Source: an uncultured Chitinophaga sp. (lineage in GTDB: Bacteria > Bacteroidota > Bacteroidia > Chitinophagales > LD1). From it: DNA of 64,000 nt. The DNA is taken from the NCBI GenBank assembly GCA_964493695.1, contig CAZBPG010000005.1, forward strand, positions 20,602 to 84,601, read 5' to 3'. Numbering within the stretch: position 1 is the stretch's first letter; every line of letters begins with the position of its first letter. Of this stretch, positions 57,473 to 64,000 are shown piece after piece. The notes under the pieces are model-generated. The model saw only the letters and a program-made list of their open reading frames with translations, ran no database searches and was not told the origin of the DNA. A program made the translations under genes and the position numbers.

Positions 57473-58559
57473 TAAAACAATAGCAGTAGTAGTACCTGCA
57501 TATAACGAGGAAAAACAAATTGCTTTGGTTATTGAATCAATGCCGGCATTTGTTGACCGGATTATTGTTGTTAACGATTGTTCAAAAGACAAAACATCAG
57601 AAATAGTAAAAGGATTTTTTTCTTCTGGCTTCAATAAAAGCTCACTCACCATTTCTCCCATTCAACCGATTAAACAAACATCGTTCAACTATGCTGATAG
57701 AATTGTGGAGCAGGAAATGAAAAGAGAGTTAAGCGAACTTTTACCTTCAGAAATTGTTAATACAAATCAAATTTCTGATAGAATTATTTTAATAGAGCAA
57801 AAAAAAAATGGTGGGGTGGGCGCAGCTGTAGCCAGAGGCTACAAATGGTGCAAAGACCACAATATTGATTGTATTGCCAAAGTAGATGGTGACGGGCAAA
57901 TGGATCCTACAGAACTGGAAGGTATTTGCAAGCCCGTGGTGGAAGAAGATATTGACTACGTAAAAGGCAACCGGTTAATTCATCGTAGTGCATGGCTGGT
58001 AATTCCGAAAATACGTTACTTGGGAAATTCTGTTTTGTCAATCATGACAAAAATTTCTTCGGGCTACTGGCATGTATCCGATACACAAACAGCTTTTACT
58101 GCCATCTCTTTAAAAGCATTAAACGGAATAAACCTACGAGATATATATAGTACCTATGGTTATCCGAACGATATGCTTGTGAAACTGAATATATCTATGT
58201 GTACTCTTAGAGAAGTGGAGATTAAACCTGTTTACAATATAGGCGAAAACTCTAAAATGAAAATTGCAAAAGTTATTCCATTGGTATCGTGGCTGTTGTT
58301 TAAGTCGTTTTTCAAACGGCTTTGGATAAAATACTTGTTCCGCGATTTTCACCCGCTGTTTTTACTTTATAATTTTTCATTCATTCTTGGCGGCATTTGG
58401 CTGCATTATCTATACAAAGTTACGCTAGCTTTTATTCACGGACAAAATGTTTCGTTCGAAACACTTTTTGCTTTTTCATTTTTAGGCATCAGTGCGTTTC
58501 AGTCGTTGCTTTTTGCCATGTGGATGGATATACAGGATAATGAGCGCCTATATAAATAA
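57462..58559 (+). CDS. GT2 polyprenyl-phosphate glycosyltransferase-like enzyme (GtrB/ArnC/DPM1 type) with C-terminal TM helices
   Basis: IAVVVPAYNEEKQI...IIVVNDCSKDKT is followed by DGDGQMDP..L and VKGNR. Hydrophobic segments follow (VIPLVSWLLFKSFF, LFLLYNFSFILGGIWLHYLY, FSFLGISAFQSLLFAMWM). Confidence 0.75.
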   Translation: MFNNKTIAVVVPAYNEEKQIALVIESMPAFVDRIIVVNDCSKDKTSEIVKGFFSSGFNKSSLTISPIQPIKQTSFNYADRIVEQEMKRELSELLPSEIVNTNQISDRIILIEQKKNGGVGAAVARGYKWCKDHNIDCIAKVDGDGQMDPTELEGICKPVVEEDIDYVKGNRLIHRSAWLVIPKIRYLGNSVLSIMTKISSGYWHVSDTQTAFTAISLKALNGINLRDIYSTYGYPNDMLVKLNISMCTLREVEIKPVYNIGENSKMKIAKVIPLVSWLLFKSFFKRLWIKYLFRDFHPLFLLYNFSFILGGIWLHYLYKVTLAFIHGQNVSFETLFAFSFLGISAFQSLLFAMWMDIQDNERLYK

Positions 58560-58568
58560 CAGATTATC

Positions 58569-60566
58569 ATGTGTGGAATTTTTGGAATTATTAGGTCAAA
58601 GGAATCTACCCTTAGCGAGACCCTTGTAAAAAAAATTGCTACCGATTTGTTTCTGTTGTCTGCCTCGCGCGGCAAGGAAGCTTCGGGCTTTGCGCTATAT
58701 ACCAATGAGCAAATAACCATTTACAAAACACCCTACCACCCGAAAGATTTAATTGCTTCTGCCGGATATAAAAAAATAATCAGCGAAAAAAATCTGGTAA
58801 ACGTTCGTGCTGTTATCGGGCACTCGCGCATGGTTACTAACGGTACCGAATACTCTAACGTAAATAACCAGCCGTTTGTAAAAAATAATATAACCGGCAT
58901 ACACAACGGTATTATTGTAAACGAAGCCGACATCTGGAAAAAATATTCTACTGAAGAAAGAATTTCGGATTTAGACAGCGAGGTTATTCCAACTATTATC
59001 CGGCACGGGTTGAATAATGGAAGCAATCTTTCACAAGCCCTTGAGTTGCTTTATAAAGAAATTCACGGCATGGCATCTATTGCTTTGATGTTTGCCGATT
59101 TAGAAAACATTGTGTTAGCCACCAATAATGGCTCTCTTTATTTCAACGTTTCAAAGTCCGGGAATGAAATTGTATTCGCCTCCGAAAATTTTATTCATCG
59201 CGAGCTTATACATAAAAGCAATATCCAAAACTTGTTTGCCGAAGAAACCATTCGTAAAATTCAGCCTAATGAATTTTGCTGTATCAGCCTGAGCAATTTA
59301 TCGCGCGAACTAAAAACTGCTGACGAAATTTCGAAGGGGCAGATTTTTTCGAACACACAAAAACGTGAAGCGTTAAAAATAATTGATAAATCCTCCACAG
59401 GTCGCGATTATAAAAATTCAATTACTCCTTATCATTTACCGGCATCGTTTGAACAGCATTATCAACGTTGCAAAGACCGTATTTCAGCACTGAAACGCTG
59501 TACTAAATGTTTGTTGCCCGAAACCTTCCCAAACATTGTTTATGATTCAGGAGGTGTTTGCTCTTATTGCAACAATTACCAACCGTACTTACCAAAACCC
59601 GAAAGTGAGTTGATTAAAATTGCGAACCGAGTAAAGAAAAAAAATGGCCGACCTGACTGCCTGGTGGCATTTAGCGGTGGGAGAGACAGCAGTTATAGTT
59701 TGCATTATCTGAAAAATTTAGGTTTAAACCCGTTGGCGTTTTCTTACGACTGGGGAATGATAACCGACCTAGCAAGAAGAAACCAGTCGCGCATTTGTGC
59801 CAAGTTGGGTATTGAGCATATTCTTGTTTCGGCTGACATTAGAAAGAAAAGGCAGAACGTAAGATTGAATGTATCGGCATGGTTGAATAAGCCGAGTTTG
59901 GGAACTATTCCGCTTTTTATGGCGGGCGACAAGCAGTATTTTTATTATGCCGATGTAATAAAAAAGCAAAACGGGCTTGACACCACATTCATGGGCGAGA
60001 ACCATTTAGAAAAGACAGGATTTAAAACAGCGTTCAGTGGGGCAAAGCAGGAAGATGCCGGTTTTATGGCGTACCATATTTCTACGGCCAATAAATTGCG
60101 AATGGTTTCTTTTTACATGAAAGAATATTTAACCAACCCTGCGTATATCAATCAATCGTTGCTGGATACTGCCGGTGCATTTTTTTCTTACTACGGCTTA
60201 AAACACGACTACATCAATATCTTCGATTATCTGAAATGGGACGAAACAACTGTTTCAAAAACTATCATTGACGAGTATGACTGGGAGCTATCGCCCGATA
60301 CAGCTTCTACCTGGCGCATTGGCGATGGCACTGCTCCTTTTTATAATTACATCTATTATGTGGTAACCGGTTTTACCGAAAACGATACTTTCAGAAGCAA
60401 CCAGATACGTGAAGGCTCTTTAACGCGCGAAGAAGCGTTGGCATTATCGCTCCGCGATAATTATCCGCGTTGGGAATCCATTAAATGGTACTGCGATACC
60501 ATTGGTATTGATTTTGAAAAAACAATTGGCATCATTAATAATATCCCCGTGCTGTGGACGAGTTAA
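58569..60566 (+). CDS. fusion protein: N-terminal class II (Ntn) glutamine amidotransferase domain plus C-terminal N-acetyl-sugar amidotransferase (WbuX/WbpG/PseA family PP-loop enzyme)
   Basis: The N-terminal domain shows MCGIFGII, GHSRMVTNG, NNQPF, IHNGIIVN and LDSEVI, which are GlmS/PurF-type glutaminase motifs. The C-terminal domain shows CTKCLLPETFPNIVYDSGGVCSYCNNY and the PP-loop LVAFSGGRDSS. Confidence 0.8.
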   Translation: MCGIFGIIRSKESTLSETLVKKIATDLFLLSASRGKEASGFALYTNEQITIYKTPYHPKDLIASAGYKKIISEKNLVNVRAVIGHSRMVTNGTEYSNVNNQPFVKNNITGIHNGIIVNEADIWKKYSTEERISDLDSEVIPTIIRHGLNNGSNLSQALELLYKEIHGMASIALMFADLENIVLATNNGSLYFNVSKSGNEIVFASENFIHRELIHKSNIQNLFAEETIRKIQPNEFCCISLSNLSRELKTADEISKGQIFSNTQKREALKIIDKSSTGRDYKNSITPYHLPASFEQHYQRCKDRISALKRCTKCLLPETFPNIVYDSGGVCSYCNNYQPYLPKPESELIKIANRVKKKNGRPDCLVAFSGGRDSSYSLHYLKNLGLNPLAFSYDWGMITDLARRNQSRICAKLGIEHILVSADIRKKRQNVRLNVSAWLNKPSLGTIPLFMAGDKQYFYYADVIKKQNGLDTTFMGENHLEKTGFKTAFSGAKQEDAGFMAYHISTANKLRMVSFYMKEYLTNPAYINQSLLDTAGAFFSYYGLKHDYINIFDYLKWDETTVSKTIIDEYDWELSPDTASTWRIGDGTAPFYNYIYYVVTGFTENDTFRSNQIREGSLTREEALALSLRDNYPRWESIKWYCDTIGIDFEKTIGIINNIPVLWTS

Positions 60567-60598
60567 TCAACGTACGAGCCGGTGTATCAAACCAGAAA

Positions 60599-61720
60599 AT
60601 GAATATTTGCGTAATAACCAGTAGTTTTCCTATAAATGATGCGGATCCGATGGGAGGTTTTGCATATGACTTTTGTTTAGAATTGGCAAAAACAAATAAG
60701 GTTACTGTTATTACACAAAAAAGAACCGGCAATTACCAAATAAATAAAAACCTGAATTTGATTGTTTTTGACTGGGCAGGCAAAGATGCTGCTTTAGCAG
60801 AGCTGAATTTTTTTAACATCCGGCACCTGTTTTATGTTTTCAGTTTCTTTATTAATGGAGAGAAAGCTATTAGAAATTATGCCCGTCAAAACAAAGTTGA
60901 TTACTGCTTTGCTCTGTGGGCACTTCCTTCAGGAATAGGGGCATACTACCTGAGGAGTAGGTTTAAAGTGCCATATGATGTTTGGTGTTTGGGCTCCGAT
61001 ATATGGGATCATAAAAATAACCAAGTAACTAACCCTTTCTTAAAGGCAATTCTTAAAACCGCTAAGAATGTTTATGCCGATGGTTTCAACTTTGCGGAAG
61101 AAGTAAAGGAATTCAGCAATCGCGAATGTAAGTTCTTGCCCACCTCCCAAAAATTACCGGTCCACTCAACTTTAAACAAACCTTTAGAAGTAGCGAGTAA
61201 GACCTTCATTTTCATAGGGAGATATCATCCTAACAAAGGACCGGATGTATTGATAGAGGCTATTTCCATTTTACCGGAAGAAATCAATAAAAATTCCCGG
61301 TTTGTTTTCTACGGTGAAGGTGTTTTGAAAAAGTCAATGGAAGACCGGGTAGCTGAACTTAATCTAAAGAATGTCATCATTAACGACCTCGTTGACAAAA
61401 ATGAGATATTTAAAGTTTTCTCCGAATCACACTTCATTATTATTCCTTCCAGATTTGACAGTATCCCTGTAATCCTTTCCGATGCTTTGCAAGGAAATAC
61501 ACCAATGATTGGTGCCATTACCGGTGATTTGGGAGATGTAATCAAGGATTATCAATTAGGATATACTTTTGAAAGAGAAAATACTTTAGAATTAAGCCGG
61601 GTAATTGAGAAAGCCTTTTATGACAAAAAAGAGAATTATCTTGAAAGCATTAACAAGGCAAAGGCAATTTTTTCGGTAGAAGGTGCGGTAAAGGAATTCG
61701 TAAATAACATAAAGATATGA
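60599..61720 (+). CDS. glycosyltransferase (GT4-like)
   Basis: MNICVITSSFPINDADPMGGFAYDF is at the N-terminus and IIIPSRFDSIPVILSDALQGNTPMIG at the C-terminus. The ATG at 60599 is preferred to the extended track ORF. Confidence 0.7.
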   Translation: MNICVITSSFPINDADPMGGFAYDFCLELAKTNKVTVITQKRTGNYQINKNLNLIVFDWAGKDAALAELNFFNIRHLFYVFSFFINGEKAIRNYARQNKVDYCFALWALPSGIGAYYLRSRFKVPYDVWCLGSDIWDHKNNQVTNPFLKAILKTAKNVYADGFNFAEEVKEFSNRECKFLPTSQKLPVHSTLNKPLEVASKTFIFIGRYHPNKGPDVLIEAISILPEEINKNSRFVFYGEGVLKKSMEDRVAELNLKNVIINDLVDKNEIFKVFSESHFIIIPSRFDSIPVILSDALQGNTPMIGAITGDLGDVIKDYQLGYTFERENTLELSRVIEKAFYDKKENYLESINKAKAIFSVEGAVKEFVNNIKI

Positions 61721-62880
61721 GAGATAATTTTTTGGTTTTTGGACAACCTCTGATAGAGCAGGACGAAATTAATGAGTTGTTAGATTCAATCCATAAGGCC
61801 TGGCTTGGCACTGGTAAAAAAGTAGCTGTTTTTGAAAAGAATTTTGCTGAATACAAACAGGTGAAATATGCTGCTGCGCTTAATTCATGTACTGCTGCCC
61901 TGCATCTTTCATGCCTTGCTTTAGGAATAAAACAAGGCGATGAAGTAGTTACCACTGCTATGACTTTTTGTGCCAGCGTAAATGCAATTATCCATTCAGG
62001 AGCTACACCGGTTATTGCTGATATAAATAAGGACACTTTAAATATCGACCCTTCGGAAATAGAACGAAAGATTACTCCAAAAACAAAAGCGATAATAGTT
62101 GTTCATTTTGCAGGAAGACCTTGCGAGATGGACAGGATTATGAGTTTGGCTAAAGCACATAATTTGTATGTTATTGAGGACTGTGCACACGCTATCGAAT
62201 CTACTTACAATGGTGTGTCGGCAGGAACTATCGGGGATATCGGGTGCTTCAGCTTCTACTCTACAAAAAACATTACTACTGCCGGTGAAGGAGGCATGGT
62301 TATCAGTAATAACGAGAAATTAATTTCCAAGATAAAGACATTAGCACTTCACGGCATGTCAAATGATGCCTGGAGTAGATTTTCAGACAGCGGCTTTAAG
62401 CACTATTTTGTTACCGAAGCCGGATTCAAGTATAATATGACGGATTTACAAGCTGCATTTGGAATTCATCAGCTTAAGAGAATTGACCGCTATTGGGAAA
62501 CACGAAAAAAAATCTGGAACAAGTATAACGATGCTTTTAAAAGTTTACCTGTTGTTTTACCATTCCCTGACGAAAGTAACATTAGAAACGCCTATCATTT
62601 ATATACGCTGCGTATTGATAAAGCTAAATGTGGCGTTAGCCGGGACGAATTTTTAAACCAAATGCAAAAACTGAACATTGGTTGTGGAGTACATTATCTG
62701 GCTATTCCTCAGCACCCTTACTATAAAAATACCTTCGGTTATATGGAAACCGATTACCCCAACGCAGTGTTGTATGGAACAGAAACAGTTAGTATCCCTA
62801 TATCTGCCAAACTAAATGACCAGGATGTAGATGATGTTATAAATGCAGTTAAACAGATTATAAGAAGCGAATCAAAATAA
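61717..62880 (+). CDS. DegT/DnrJ/EryC1/StrS aminotransferase (ArnB/PglE-like 4-aminotransferase type)
   Basis: Motifs include FGQPLIEQDEI, NSCTAALHLSCLALGIKQGDEVVTT and VIEDCAHA. FSFYSTKNITTAGEGGMV carries the PLP Lys. LHGMSNDAWSRF and KYNMTDLQAA are also present. Confidence 0.9.
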   Translation: MRDNFLVFGQPLIEQDEINELLDSIHKAWLGTGKKVAVFEKNFAEYKQVKYAAALNSCTAALHLSCLALGIKQGDEVVTTAMTFCASVNAIIHSGATPVIADINKDTLNIDPSEIERKITPKTKAIIVVHFAGRPCEMDRIMSLAKAHNLYVIEDCAHAIESTYNGVSAGTIGDIGCFSFYSTKNITTAGEGGMVISNNEKLISKIKTLALHGMSNDAWSRFSDSGFKHYFVTEAGFKYNMTDLQAAFGIHQLKRIDRYWETRKKIWNKYNDAFKSLPVVLPFPDESNIRNAYHLYTLRIDKAKCGVSRDEFLNQMQKLNIGCGVHYLAIPQHPYYKNTFGYMETDYPNAVLYGTETVSIPISAKLNDQDVDDVINAVKQIIRSESK

Positions 62881-62962
62881 AGGTTTTCTGTATTTTGTAG
62901 CATCACACCTAAACCTTGTTTCAGACCTCTTGTATTGAATGTTGTAGTTAAGAAGAAGACTC

Positions 62963-63613
62963 ATGTTATCCGGAATATTCGAAATCGTGGACGCCTTTTT
63001 AAAAAAAATTAATCTATTTCGGGTTAAATGGATAAGGAAGTATTTTTGGGAACTTCGAGCCCACGATATTGATAAAAAATGGGGTAATGCCAATCTGGAT
63101 TTCGATACAGTTAAACAGGTTGTACTTCAAACAAACGCAAAGAAAATTTTGGACTTTGGTTGTGGGAGCGGAAGGTTGTTTCCGTTGTATGAGCAACTAA
63201 AAATAGAGGAAGTGGTTGGACAGGATATTTCTTCAAATGCCATAAATCTTATCCGGGAAAAATTTCCAAACGGAAAGCAGATATTACTTAGTGGCGATGT
63301 AACTAAACTCGATTTTACAGAGAAATACTTTGACTTAGTTATCTCTAACCGGGCGCTATCAGCGGTACATAAAATGGACGTATCCAGAGTTATCGATAAA
63401 TTGTGCTTTATCGGAAAACATGTTTATATCAATGAGTTTTCGGACAATGAAAAAGACAGTTCAGAGTCTTCCTATTGGTTTAAACATGATTATCCGCAGT
63501 TGTTCATGGCTAACGATTATCGTTTGGTTAAAGAGGGATTTATCAAAGAAACCGGACAGTTTTGGCAACTTTACAGCGATTACAAAACCTCAACAAACAG
63601 TAATTCAGATTAA
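62963..63613 (+). CDS. class I SAM-dependent methyltransferase
   Basis: Motif I is ILDFGCGSGRLFPLY, followed by FDLVISNRALSAV. Confidence 0.8.
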   Translation: MLSGIFEIVDAFLKKINLFRVKWIRKYFWELRAHDIDKKWGNANLDFDTVKQVVLQTNAKKILDFGCGSGRLFPLYEQLKIEEVVGQDISSNAINLIREKFPNGKQILLSGDVTKLDFTEKYFDLVISNRALSAVHKMDVSRVIDKLCFIGKHVYINEFSDNEKDSSESSYWFKHDYPQLFMANDYRLVKEGFIKETGQFWQLYSDYKTSTNSNSD

Positions 63614-63666
63614 ACGGGTTTCAATTATCTATTCAATGCTTCCGGATTTATTTATATAAACTCTTC

Positions 63667-64000
63667 ATGCCAACTTCAAATATTGCCATTCTTATACCTC
63701 ACTATAATAACCTCACTGGTCTTAACCGTTCCTTATCCGGCATTTCGAATATTGAACCGGTTGATGTGGTTATAGTTGATGATGGAAGTAAAGACAAACC
63801 TGCTTTAAACGACTTAAAACTTTCATTCCCATCAATAAATAATTTCCACCTTGTTCTTTTAGAAAAAAACCAAGGCATTGAACACGCCCTTAATGCAGGG
63901 CTGAAATTTATTGTTGATGAAGGTACCTACACTTTAATTGCCAGACTTGATTGTGGTGATATTTGCAAAGAAGAGCGATTTAAAGTTCAAAGTGATTTTT
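63667..64000 (+). CDS. glycosyltransferase family 2, truncated by the window end
   Basis: Absent from the ORF track. My translation from the ATG at 63667 reads MPTSNIAILIPHYNNLTGLNRSLSGI...VDVVIVDDGSKDKP...ARLDCGD (DxD-like), with no stop before the window end. Confidence 0.8.
   Translation, partial: MPTSNIAILIPHYNNLTGLNRSLSGISNIEPVDVVIVDDGSKDKPALNDLKLSFPSINNFHLVLLEKNQGIEHALNAGLKFIVDEGTYTLIARLDCGDICKEERFKVQSDF

Noticed and set aside
28209-64000. Calling the low-GC glycan locus a genomic island or mobile element
   Set aside because: No integrase, transposase, tRNA target or direct repeats are visible at the 28.2-kb boundary. Glycan loci are commonly AT-rich without being mobile.
1-64000. tRNA, rRNA, riboswitch or known defence systems (CRISPR-Cas, RM, CBASS, retron and similar)
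   Set aside because: The intergenic regions are short and show no cloverleaf-like or conserved riboswitch sequences that I recognise. No nuclease, methylase, reverse-transcriptase or cyclase signatures appear in any translated ORF.

Overview
This is a chromosomal segment from a Bacteroidota genome. The assignment rests on T9SS type-A and type-B C-terminal sorting domains, a PorP/SprF gene, SprB repeats and a CarboxypepD_reg-type TonB-dependent receptor. No rRNA, tRNA, CRISPR array, integrase or transposase was recognised. The first ~28 kb is housekeeping plus cell-surface genes: a partial HIT gene, greA, and a minus-strand triad of TonB-dependent receptor, 1385-aa T9SS-CTD protein and PorV/PorQ-like barrel. 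It also carries a cutinase/PETase-like esterase with a T9SS tail, a tandem-HTH protein next to a structured AT-rich repeat array, and an MBL hydrolase with a 90-bp palindromic element inserted in frame. A DUF4258/YgiT toxin-antitoxin pair, an Omp85-type barrel with PD40 repeats, phoD, aspS, and a SprB-repeat type-B CTD adhesin with its PorP/SprF partner complete this part. From ~28.2 kb to the window end (>36 kb, visibly more AT-rich) lies one very large glycan locus, mostly co-directional and translationally coupled. It encodes Wzm/Wzt ABC export, about 14 glycosyltransferases, 3 methyltransferases, 2 sugar aminotransferases, an N-formyltransferase, deacetylases and acyltransferases. It also holds a WbpB/WbpI/WbpS-like 2,3-diamino-uronic acid module next to a Fem-like (VimA-like) transferase, and an unusual Ntn-glutaminase::WbuX fusion. 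The lead hypothesis is that this locus makes an A-LPS-like anchor glycan, including a Wbp/Vim-type linking sugar, for T9SS cargo. All calls come from reading the sequence and the ORF translations. No searches were run.
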